NCBI GenBank assembly: GCA_041695225.1
Contig: JBGFRI010000011.1
Location: 68,653 to 132,652, forward strand
Direction: 5' to 3'
Length of the DNA stretch: 64,000 nt
Source of the DNA: Deinococcota bacterium
Lineage (GTDB): Bacteria; Deinococcota; Deinococci; Deinococcales; Thermaceae
Part shown: positions 19,280 through 27,639 of the stretch, piece by piece
How positions within the stretch are numbered: the stretch's first letter is position 1
Layout of the letters: each line of letters begins with the position of its first letter
The notes under the pieces: model-generated
The model's database searches: none
What the model was told of the DNA's origin: nothing
What the model saw: the letters and a program-made list of their open reading frames with translations, nothing else
Program-made: the position numbers and the translations under genes

Positions 19280-19608
19280 ACCGCTACCCGACATTTGAAC
19301 GAGCCTATGACCACTGGTATTTGCGGGGCTATCGGGTAGGCGACCTGGTAGCAGCAGTCAATGTCTTCAAAAACAATCTCAACACGCGCAAGCGTGTGTG
19401 GCGCGTATCAGAGCCAGACTACGGCTACTGCATGACCATGTGGAAAGGTACAAAAAAAGAGGCTATTCGCCTTGCCGAACTAATGCAGGAAGAATGCTCG
19501 TGGAAAGAGGTCGGTAAGCTGAAAGGTAAACTACAACTGGTCCAGTACGAGGATATTGCATACCGGGCTATAGCAAAGCTAGAGCGAGAGCTACAAACCC
19601 GGACCTAA
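19276..19608 (+). CDS. hypothetical protein
   Basis: ATGA overlap. Confidence 0.6.
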   Translation: MNRYPTFERAYDHWYLRGYRVGDLVAAVNVFKNNLNTRKRVWRVSEPDYGYCMTMWKGTKKEAIRLAELMQEECSWKEVGKLKGKLQLVQYEDIAYRAIAKLERELQTRT

Positions 19609-19691
19609 TGTGTTGTTCCGAAAAACATTTATCATTCCAACCACAAGTAAGGCACGGACATCACGGTACAGCCACTAAGAAAGGAAACGGT

Positions 19692-20066
19692 ATGACAAAG
19701 ATTCTAGCAGTACAGGACACAGATCTCTGGCTTTTTGCTCAGACGCCGCAAGGCTGGAAATTCTTGACTTTCGTTTACGAGGACGAAAGACCAGACGTTG
19801 CCTTGCGGACTGTAGATAACGTACTTCAGGGCCTGGGAATCCAGGCCAGTATCCAGGCGGTTGAGCTACCGTGGCTAACCAGCTTTACCTTCGCAGACTT
19901 TGAACCAGAAAACGCCTCCAGGCCAGAGCTAGAAGGCCGTCGTCGTCGGGCAGAGGCCCAGCTCAAGGTGGGGTTCGATGGGGAGACCGAGGCACTAGAG
20001 TGGCTTCTGGCACACCGACCAGACTGGGTACTAAAGGGGGCGCAAAATACCGAGCTCTTGTCATAA
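19692..20066 (+). CDS. hypothetical protein
   Basis: AAGGA RBS, ATG 19692. Confidence 0.6.
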   Translation: MTKILAVQDTDLWLFAQTPQGWKFLTFVYEDERPDVALRTVDNVLQGLGIQASIQAVELPWLTSFTFADFEPENASRPELEGRRRRAEAQLKVGFDGETEALEWLLAHRPDWVLKGAQNTELLS

Positions 20067-20067
20067 C

Positions 20068-20114
20068 ACACTAGATATAGTAGTATCTCCGCTATGTCCT
20101 ACTAGATGGGGTAC
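20068..20114. promoter_or_regulatory. tandem NrdR boxes
   Basis: ACACTAGATATAGTAG (20068) matches acaCwAtATaTwGtg; weaker CTACTAGATGGGGTAC starts 31 bp later; upstream of nrdA. Confidence 0.75.
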
Positions 20115-20144
20115 TGTCTAGCCAGGACATGCAGTCGCTATGCC

Positions 20145-20250
20145 TGTTCCGCCAGGAAGGACCCGGAAGGGTTCGGGGGAAGCCGGTGAGAGTCCGGCGC
20201 TGTCCCGCAACGGTAACACGGCCAGTACGTGAAGTCCGAGTACCCGCTTA
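20145..20250 (+). ncRNA. cobalamin riboswitch
   Basis: GGGAAGCCGGTGAGAGTCCGGCGCTGTCCCGCAACGGTAA core and B12-box-like AAGTCCGA; upstream of a B12-independent RNR; boundaries approximate. Confidence 0.9.
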
Positions 20251-20294
20251 GCGACTCCATCCCACGCCCTCGACGGAAGGGCACCGGAGGTCAT

Positions 20295-22004
20295 ATGTCA
20301 CACCTGTTCACCGCCAAGCCGCTTCAGACCAGCTACAGCACACCACGCCGCAAGCGTCCTCCCTTCTCCTGGCTGACCGACGAAAGCCGGGCCTTTTTAC
20401 GACAGGGCTACCTGCTGCCCGGCGTCACGCCGGAAAAACGCCTGCGGGAGATTGCCGAACGCGCCGAGGCACTGCTACCTGGTATGCACGGCTTTGCCGA
20501 GCGGTTTTACGAGTATCTATCGCGCGGCTGGTACTCGCTGTCCACCCCCATCTGGGCCAACTTTGGGCTGTCCCGTGGCCTGCCCATCAGCTGTTTTGGC
20601 TCGTATGTGCCCGATAGCATGGCCGGTATCCTCGGCACGGCTGCCGAGGTCGGGATCATGAGCAAGTACGGCGGCGGGACCAGCGCCTATTTTGGCGATC
20701 TGCGCGGGCGCGGCTCGCCCATTCGTGACAACGGCCAGTCCGAAGGCGCGGTAAACTTCATGCGCCTTTTCGATACCCTGATCGACGTCACCAAGCAGGG
20801 TGCGACCCGTCGCGGCTCGTTCGCGGCCTATCTGCCCATCGAACATCCCGACATCGGCGAGTTTCTGGAAATCCGCTCAGACGGCAACCCTATCCAGAAC
20901 ATCTTCTTTGGGGTAACGGTCAGCGACGCCTGGCTTACCGCCATGCGCGAGGGCGACCAGGAGAAACGGCGGCTATGGGCGCGGGTGCTGCAAAAGCGCA
21001 GCGAGGTAGGGCTGCCTTACATACTTTTTAGCGACAATGCCAGTCGCGGGGCCGCCGATGTCTACCGCGACCGGGGCCTGGCAATTCGCTCCAGCAACCT
21101 CTGTAGCGAGATCATGCTGCCGGTCACGGCAGAGGAGTCGTTTGTCTGCGACCTCTCCAGCATGAACCTGCTTTACGTAGGCGAGTGGCAGGATACCGAT
21201 GCGGTGCAGCTCCTGACCTATTTTCTCGACGCGGTGATGACGGAGTTTATCCAGCGAACCGAGGGCATCCCCTACTTCGAGCGGGCGCGGCGCTTCGCCC
21301 TGCGCCACCGCGCTCTGGGTATCGGGGTGGTGGGCTGGCACAGCTACCTGCAGGCCCAGATGATCCCGCTAGCGAGCCTGACCGCCGCGCTGAAAAACGT
21401 GGTGATCTTCCGTACCCTGCGCGAAGCCGCTTATGCTGCCTCGGCCCAGTTAGCCCGGCGCTACGGCGAACCCCCAATGCTGGAGGGCTATGGCCGCCGT
21501 AACGCCACCCTGCTGGCGGTCGCGCCGACCACCTCCAGCTCCTTCATCCTGGGCCAGGTCTCCCAGAGCATCGAGCCGCTGCGCTCGAACTACTGCGTGC
21601 GCGACCTGGCCAAGGCCGTAACTAGCTACCAGAACCCCGCCTTCAAGGCCCTGCTGGCCGAACTGGGCCGGGACACCCCGGCGGTCTGGCGGAGCATCCT
21701 GGAGCACGATGGCAGCGTGCAGCACCTCGAGTTCTTGGGAGCCGAGGAAAAGCGCGTCTTTGCTACCTTTTCCGAGATCAGCCAGCTCGACCTGGTGATT
21801 CAGGCCGCCGCCCGTCAGCCGTTTATCGACCAGGGGCAGTCGCTCAACCTGCTGGTCCACCCCGAGACTCCGGCCCAGGAGCTCAATGCCCTCCACCTGG
21901 AAGCGTGGCAGCGGGGCCTCAAGAGCCTCTACTACCAGCACAGTATAAATGCCGCCCAGGCCTTGGGCCGCAGCCTGCTGGTCTGCTCGTCGTGTGAGGC
22001 ATAG
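20295..22004 (+). CDS. nrdA: class I ribonucleotide reductase alpha subunit (short, no ATP cone)
   Basis: LPISCF, GGGTS, SNLCSEI, APTTSSS, KSLYY, C-terminal CSSCEA; GGAGG RBS before ATG 20295. Confidence 0.95.
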   Translation: MSHLFTAKPLQTSYSTPRRKRPPFSWLTDESRAFLRQGYLLPGVTPEKRLREIAERAEALLPGMHGFAERFYEYLSRGWYSLSTPIWANFGLSRGLPISCFGSYVPDSMAGILGTAAEVGIMSKYGGGTSAYFGDLRGRGSPIRDNGQSEGAVNFMRLFDTLIDVTKQGATRRGSFAAYLPIEHPDIGEFLEIRSDGNPIQNIFFGVTVSDAWLTAMREGDQEKRRLWARVLQKRSEVGLPYILFSDNASRGAADVYRDRGLAIRSSNLCSEIMLPVTAEESFVCDLSSMNLLYVGEWQDTDAVQLLTYFLDAVMTEFIQRTEGIPYFERARRFALRHRALGIGVVGWHSYLQAQMIPLASLTAALKNVVIFRTLREAAYAASAQLARRYGEPPMLEGYGRRNATLLAVAPTTSSSFILGQVSQSIEPLRSNYCVRDLAKAVTSYQNPAFKALLAELGRDTPAVWRSILEHDGSVQHLEFLGAEEKRVFATFSEISQLDLVIQAAARQPFIDQGQSLNLLVHPETPAQELNALHLEAWQRGLKSLYYQHSINAAQALGRSLLVCSSCEA

Positions 22005-22006
22005 GT

Positions 22007-22993
22007 ATGCTGACCGACCGCAGAATCCACCTGAGGCCGGCGGAATACCCCCAGTTTCTGGCTTACCGCGACGCCATCCGGCACTCCTACTGGCTGCACA
22101 CCGAGTTCAACCTGACCGAGGATGTCCACGACTTTCGCGCCCGGGTCAGCGCCGCCGAACGTCAGGCTATCACCCGCACCATGCTGGCCATCGCCCAGGT
22201 CGAGGTAGCGGTGAAGACCTTCTGGGGAGACATTTATCAGCGCTTCCCTAAGCCCGAGGTCGCTGCGGTCGGCTACACCTTCGCCGAGTCCGAGGTGCGT
22301 CATCAGGATGCGTATGCGCACCTGCTCGAGCTATTGGGGCTCAGCCGGGAGTTCGAACGCCTGGACCAGGTGCCGGCAGTGCAAGGGCGGATTGCGGTGC
22401 TAAACGAGCACCTGGCGCAGCCACCAACTCTGAAAACCGACCGCGATGGTCGGGCCTATGCCTTTACCATCCTGCTGTTCAGCGTCTTCGTCGAACACGT
22501 TAGCCTTTTCGGTCAGTTTTTGATCATGAAGGCTTTTGACCGGGCCCGCCAGCTGTTCAAAGGCATCGCCAATATCGTCGAGGCCACCAGCAAAGAGGAG
22601 CAGATTCACGGCCTGTTTGGCTATCAACTGCTCGAGACCTTGAGGCTCGAGTTCCCGCACTGGTTCGACACGGCCTTCTTCGATGATTTGGCGCGGGCCT
22701 GCCGCCAGGCGTTTATGGCCGAGCGAGCAATCCTGGACTGGATCTTTGAAGATGGAGAGCTTGACTTCCTCCCTAAAGCCCAGATCGAAGCCTTTATCCA
22801 GCACCGCTTCAACGCCTCTTTACAGACAATCGGGCTGAGGCCGTTGTGGACGGTAGACCCCGCAGCCGTCGCCGCGACACATTGGTTCGAGGAGGAACTC
22901 TTGGCCGGTAAGCACCTCGACTTCTTCCACAAGCGCCCTACCGCCTATGCAAAGAAGGTCAGGGCCATCACCGAAAATGATCTGTTTGTCTGA
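22007..22993 (+). CDS. nrdB: class I ribonucleotide reductase beta subunit
   Basis: ESEVRHQDAY, VEHVSLF, KEEQIH di-metal ligands, DFFHKRPTAY. Confidence 0.95.
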   Translation: MLTDRRIHLRPAEYPQFLAYRDAIRHSYWLHTEFNLTEDVHDFRARVSAAERQAITRTMLAIAQVEVAVKTFWGDIYQRFPKPEVAAVGYTFAESEVRHQDAYAHLLELLGLSREFERLDQVPAVQGRIAVLNEHLAQPPTLKTDRDGRAYAFTILLFSVFVEHVSLFGQFLIMKAFDRARQLFKGIANIVEATSKEEQIHGLFGYQLLETLRLEFPHWFDTAFFDDLARACRQAFMAERAILDWIFEDGELDFLPKAQIEAFIQHRFNASLQTIGLRPLWTVDPAAVAATHWFEEELLAGKHLDFFHKRPTAYAKKVRAITENDLFV

Positions 22994-23322
22994 GCGGAAC
23001 CTGTATCCCCGCAGAGGTAGTTGATGAGCCAAAACCAAAGCCGAGATTGCCCGGGCTCTGCTCGAGCAAAGGTAGGCCACAGACTTGGACCAGGGGGCAG
23101 CCGCTGCTGCCCCTTTGCTTTTTCTGAGGTAGTTCAGTATGGTTGAGAAAAAACCGCAGTGGGACGAGAAGGAGTATTCCAGGCATCTACGTGAGGAAGG
23201 GCCCGGGCCAGTGAATGAGCACCCTAATGGTTGTTATCATTGCGGCTCAACCTGGCATATGAGCACCGATTGCCCCGAGGCCAGGAGTGACGGCTACTAC
23301 GAGTCATTTGAATGAGGTAAGT

Positions 23323-23727
23323 ATGCTAATTCATGGGCACGGCTTTACAACAGATGAACAGATGTCTGGGGAAATTGTACTGGCCCTGGACGAGAATAAC
23401 TGGGCAATTATCCAGCTAGAGCGTGAGCTGCTGGAAAGGGCTGCACAATTTTTGAAGGGACAGGGCCTCGAAGTGATCCTAAAGTCGCCCCGCGAGATCG
23501 AGGTGCCAGTTTACAACGCCTCAGAGATAGCAGAGCTAGGCGACTTGGACGACCTGGAGGATATTCCTTTGGAGGAGCTGCTTGAGAAGATGAAGCACAT
23601 TGAAGCCCAGGAAGCTCTGGTGACAGTTGTGCTCGAAGCCGGACAGGCTTCATTAGAAGGACATACGCTCGAGCCTTCTTATTCCGGTCATCGCGAGCTG
23701 AGGCCCCTCTGGGCAATTTTGCCGTAG
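23323..23727 (+). CDS. acidic hypothetical protein
   Basis: GAGG RBS; very Asp/Glu-rich. Confidence 0.6.
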   Translation: MLIHGHGFTTDEQMSGEIVLALDENNWAIIQLERELLERAAQFLKGQGLEVILKSPREIEVPVYNASEIAELGDLDDLEDIPLEELLEKMKHIEAQEALVTVVLEAGQASLEGHTLEPSYSGHRELRPLWAILP

Positions 23728-23800
23728 GTACGGAAGGACATCGTGCTTAGACCAGGGGGCGGCAGAAGCCGCCCCACTTGCTTTTTTGAGAGGAAAAACC

Positions 23801-24442
23801 ATGCAAACACACCCACAGATAGCTGCCCTGAGAGCGCCTTTGAGTGCAGATGAGATCGAGTGGAAGATCGTCTCAGCAAAAGATGGGGTTACCAGCGTTG
23901 CCCCTTATATTGACGCCCGAGCGGTGATGGACAGGCTTGACCGGGCCTTCACCCCGTTTGGCTGGAGTGTCCGTTATACGCCGGGCCAGGTTGGGCAGGA
24001 GTACGGGGTTATTGCGGCCATTGCAGTCAAAGACCCCACGACGGGAGAGTGGATCGAGAAGCAAGATGGTTCCGGGCCCTCCGATATTGAACCTTACAAA
24101 GGCGGTATCAGCGGAGCCCTGAAACGGGCCGCCACCGCCTGGGGGATCGGACGGGAACTTTATACCTATCCCCGGATAATCATCGAGGGAGAGCATAAGA
24201 AATGGATCCCCTTCAAGGTACTGGACCGGCTCAAAGGGTTGCCTGGGGCAGTAGCACAGGGTAAGTCTTTGCCTGCGGTCATCCAGCTCACTGCCGAGGG
24301 TGAACACTGGAACAGGCCGCCCAGGTCTACTAACACGCCAGAAGCTACGCCTGCCAGAGTGCCTGCAAATGGCCCGGCTACTGAGATCAAGAAACCAGGT
24401 GTGCAGGGAATAACGCCTCGAGCACCAACATCGCGGTACTAG
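23801..24442 (+). CDS. Rad52/Rad22 (Sak/DdrA-like) ssDNA annealing protein
   Basis: L.AP....IEW, YIDARAVMDRLD, KGG.S.ALKRAA..WGIGRELY. Confidence 0.9.
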   Translation: MQTHPQIAALRAPLSADEIEWKIVSAKDGVTSVAPYIDARAVMDRLDRAFTPFGWSVRYTPGQVGQEYGVIAAIAVKDPTTGEWIEKQDGSGPSDIEPYKGGISGALKRAATAWGIGRELYTYPRIIIEGEHKKWIPFKVLDRLKGLPGAVAQGKSLPAVIQLTAEGEHWNRPPRSTNTPEATPARVPANGPATEIKKPGVQGITPRAPTSRY

Positions 24443-24472
24443 CTACCGCAACGCATCGGCTAACATTTTGCT

Positions 24473-24664
24473 GTGGTAAAGCAACGAAAAGCAGCTAAGG
24501 CCCGCTCCCATATCACCAGCCGGGCCCCGCTGCCTGGCCATATCCGGCGGCAGCTCTGGGTCTACGCGCCGGAGAAGGCGGTGCTTTGGTTTCGCAGTCT
24601 AGGCTCGCGGGAGATGGGCCGGATTATCGCCCGGCTGTACGACGAGCGGGATGGTTCAAAATGA
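24473..24664 (+). CDS. small basic protein, possibly DNA-binding
   Basis: Stop overlaps the start of the AcrVA2-like gene (ATGA). Confidence 0.45.
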   Translation: MVKQRKAAKARSHITSRAPLPGHIRRQLWVYAPEKAVLWFRSLGSREMGRIIARLYDERDGSK

Positions 24665-25696
24665 GTTATCCCCACCCGGCCCTGCCAGCAGTAATAGAGA
24701 GCCTGCGTGAACTCGAGCGAGACCGCGCCCTGGTGGTAGACCTGAGCAAGGTGATCTACCAGGATCGGCCCCAGCACCCGGCAGTGCCAATAACGATAAG
24801 CCAGGTCTTTGAGTTGATGGCAAAGCACGGCTACCACCGGCTGCCCATGCCGTCGGCTCTGATGTTCGGATCGATGGCCGTTGCCCTGGCTACGTGGCGA
24901 CTGACCAAGGGGGCTTACCTGTTCGATGCCAGCATCTGGGAGCAGATCCGGGAGACGCCTTTGACGAAGCTACCCCAGGCCCTGCTCCAGCGCCTGCCCG
25001 AGCCAGCGCCGCTTTTGCTCTTCCCTACCCCACTGGACTGGTTAGGCCACCAGGTAGATGCCGCCCACGCCTACTTTGACTGGGACAGCCGGGGCGAGCC
25101 TCACCTGGAGCTGCGCTTTCTCTGCTGGGTACGCCAGGAAGTAGGGCATACAACTCTCTCGGTCGTCCTGGATCTGGACGCCGAGACCCTGGACGACTGC
25201 CTGGAGCGCACCATGCAGCGCACCTGGAAGGAGCTGGCTGGTGTTCCCAGGTCGGATAAGCTGGTGGGAACCCTTGAGGAGTCGAAGGCATCGGTACGTA
25301 ACTTGCTCCTGGCACTGCTCAACACTGTGCTATTTCTCTGTCAGGAGGAGCCGGATCTCTCCGATACACCCCGCCAGCGGCCTCCATCACGAGCCAAGCT
25401 CAAGCTGTTGCAGACTCCCAGGACGCCAAGGGTCATTCAGACCGGTTGGCGGTGGGGGGGCTGCAATACGCGAGTACCAGGCCAAGCAGGTAGCCCAGGT
25501 AGGTAAAGAGACACTGCCCACCGGGCGGTCGGTGCAGCCCCATGTACGCAGGGCGCACTGGCATCTTTATTGGACGGGCGAAGGCAGCAGAAAAGACCCC
25601 AGTAAGGCAATGCCACGGCTAAAGTGGGTGGGAGCTACGCTGGTGGGGGGCGAGATGGAGACTGTGACGGTGCGGAAATTGAAGGAGGGTAACTAA
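24661..25696 (+). pseudogene. AcrVA2/FinQ-family protein, frameshifted at G7 tract 25454-25460
   Basis: ATWRLTKGAYLFD, LLQRLPE, LFLC in frame 1; PHVRRAHWHLYW in the +1 frame; removing one G gives a 344-aa ORF. Confidence 0.75.
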
Positions 25697-25956
25697 TGGA
25701 CAAAGCAACATTTGTTTTATACCTGAAAAGGGCAAAAACATTCCGCAAGATTGACAGAGGCTCAGCAGCTCATTACTGGAAAGGTTACCGGTGGGGGTTG
25801 CACCGGCTTTACTACGGAGAACGGTACGGAACAACAGAGCAGCACCAGCAATTCCTGGACCTGCAATTTTCCTTTGATATGAAGGACCGGGAGATAAATC
25901 GCGGTTATCACGATGGTCTGGCGGGTAAAGCACCCGTATCCTGGGATCATCAATAA
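25696..25956 (+). CDS. hypothetical protein
   Basis: AAGGAGG RBS; YW.GY..GL.R.Y.GE..GT...GY.DGL. Confidence 0.65.
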   Translation: MDKATFVLYLKRAKTFRKIDRGSAAHYWKGYRWGLHRLYYGERYGTTEQHQQFLDLQFSFDMKDREINRGYHDGLAGKAPVSWDHQ

Positions 25957-26020
25957 AGCCTTGACGTTGTTTATGGAGGGGGGTGGCAATGAAAAACGCT
26001 ACTACACTTACAGGGGAGCT

Positions 26021-26254
26021 ATGACACGAGCGGAGATTGAGAAGGCGCTGGAGGCTCTGACCGGTTTGGGAGCTGAGCCGTCCCAGAATCTGTTCAACGA
26101 GCCACGTATTTGGTTTCAATACCGGGGTATCACAGGGTGCGCTTTGTACTCGAAGGAAGACGGGTACTGGGTGGGCCAGGCCAGATATGGGGGGAGATTA
26201 TCCGTTTTCACGGGGCTAAGGACGCGCTTTTTACAGCGTTTCAGGCCGCTGTAG
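26021..26254 (+). CDS. hypothetical protein
   Basis: GGGGAG RBS. Confidence 0.5.
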   Translation: MTRAEIEKALEALTGLGAEPSQNLFNEPRIWFQYRGITGCALYSKEDGYWVGQARYGGRLSVFTGLRTRFLQRFRPL

Positions 26255-26317
26255 ATGCACTTCTCTGACTTCCTTCTTACTTGTTAGAATTTTATCGAAT
26301 CGTGCAGGAGGAAAAAG

Positions 26318-27481
26318 ATGGCAAAACTTCTAAGTATTAGTTTCTGGCTAAATGCCACTACAGACGAAGTGGCTAAAGCAATCGCGGAAGAGGACGTAAA
26401 TGCCGTAGATGGCCTGGGTACTACACCATTGATTCTGGCAATCATGGCAAATGCCAGACCTGCTGAGATCGCTCTCCTACGAGAAGCAGGTGCAAAAGTT
26501 ACTGCGGATAAAACCTGGACAGAGGAATACGTCCGCGCCCGGTTCTACAACCCCAACGTGTTGCGGGCCTGGCAAGAAGACCAGGAACAAAACACAAAAG
26601 ATAAAATGCCAACACGCGACTACGAGCACTACCGACAAATTCTTTTAGAGAGCGGGCACTACCGGGTGCTCGAGCGCTTCATTCCCCGCCGAGAATACTC
26701 CATTTCCCCGGAGGGTAGTGTGCTGCGTAAGGCAGTTTTCGTTGACATAGAAACGACAGGGCTAGATTTACGCCGCGACACGATAATTGAATTCGGGGCA
26801 GTGCTCTTTACCTTCACTTCGGGCGGCCAGGTGGTGCGGATTGAGGACGAATACTGCGGCTTCGAGGATCCGGGTAGTCCTATTCCATCCCGGATCACAC
26901 AGCTTACGGGCATCACCAACGAGATGGTTCGCGGACAGCGGCTTGATGAGGCCCGGCTTGAAAAGCTGCTGGGTGAGGCCGATCTGATCATTGCCCACAA
27001 CGCTGCCTTTGATCGCCCTTTTATTGATCGTCGGCTGGGTCTGGCGGCCAGACCGTGGGCTTGTAGCCAGCGCGAGGTGCCCTGGCAGGAGTCGGGCCTG
27101 GGGAGTACCAAACTAGAGTTCCTGGCTTACCGCTACGGCTTCTTTTACGATAACCACCGGGCCCTCGATGATTGCCGGATGGCCGTGCATCTGCTGGCCC
27201 AGCCTTTGCCTGGGACTGGGCGTACAGCCCTAGCTGCTTTGTTAGACAGCGCTAGTAAGCCGGGTTACCGGCTCTGGGCGACTGGGGCTCCTTTTGAAGC
27301 CAAGGAGCTGCTTAAGAGCCGGCAGTATCGTTGGGATGCAGAAGCCCGCTGTTGGTGGAAGGAGGTCGGGGCGGAGGAACAAGAAGCAGAAGTGGCTTTC
27401 TTGCAGGCGGAGGTACTGGGAGGCCGGGCCCCGAGGATTGAGACACTTACAGCCCGGGAACGCTACAGGGCGGTAGAATAA
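26318..27481 (+). CDS. DEDDh 3'-5' exonuclease (DnaQ-like) with N-terminal ankyrin-like segment
   Basis: VDIETTG, AHNAAFD, HRALDD; N-terminal DVNAVDGLGTTPLILA...LLREAGAKV. Confidence 0.85.
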   Translation: MAKLLSISFWLNATTDEVAKAIAEEDVNAVDGLGTTPLILAIMANARPAEIALLREAGAKVTADKTWTEEYVRARFYNPNVLRAWQEDQEQNTKDKMPTRDYEHYRQILLESGHYRVLERFIPRREYSISPEGSVLRKAVFVDIETTGLDLRRDTIIEFGAVLFTFTSGGQVVRIEDEYCGFEDPGSPIPSRITQLTGITNEMVRGQRLDEARLEKLLGEADLIIAHNAAFDRPFIDRRLGLAARPWACSQREVPWQESGLGSTKLEFLAYRYGFFYDNHRALDDCRMAVHLLAQPLPGTGRTALAALLDSASKPGYRLWATGAPFEAKELLKSRQYRWDAEARCWWKEVGAEEQEAEVAFLQAEVLGGRAPRIETLTARERYRAVE

Positions 27482-27639
27482 TATCGAACAGGAGTTTTAG
27501 AAGAATGCCAACCATCACTGTAGGCCAGCCCTTCGGCCGGTTCGGCCCGCGCTCCGAAGGTTTTGAGCTTTCGCTTGGCGGCTCAACTCCTGAGCTGCAC
27601 CTGGTCTTTGCCAACATCACCGAGGCGGAGGTAACCAGC

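Larger units (their letters stand above)
2994..23775 (+). repeat. dispersed intergenic hairpin family CCAGGGGGCRGC-N2-4-GCYGCCCC (10 copies plus one variant)
   Basis: Copies start at 2994, 4284, 4678, 9178, 10450, 13450, 13736, 16855, 23090, 23752; variant at 17354. Confidence 0.9.

Noticed and set aside
20229..20294. Longer nrdA start given in the ORF track
   Set aside because: Overlaps the riboswitch; the RBS supports ATG 20295
2994..23775. Hairpin repeats as a CRISPR array or integron attC sites
   Set aside because: Spacing is irregular (0.3-6 kb) with whole genes between copies; no cas genes, no integron integrase and no RYYYAAC/GTTRRRY ends
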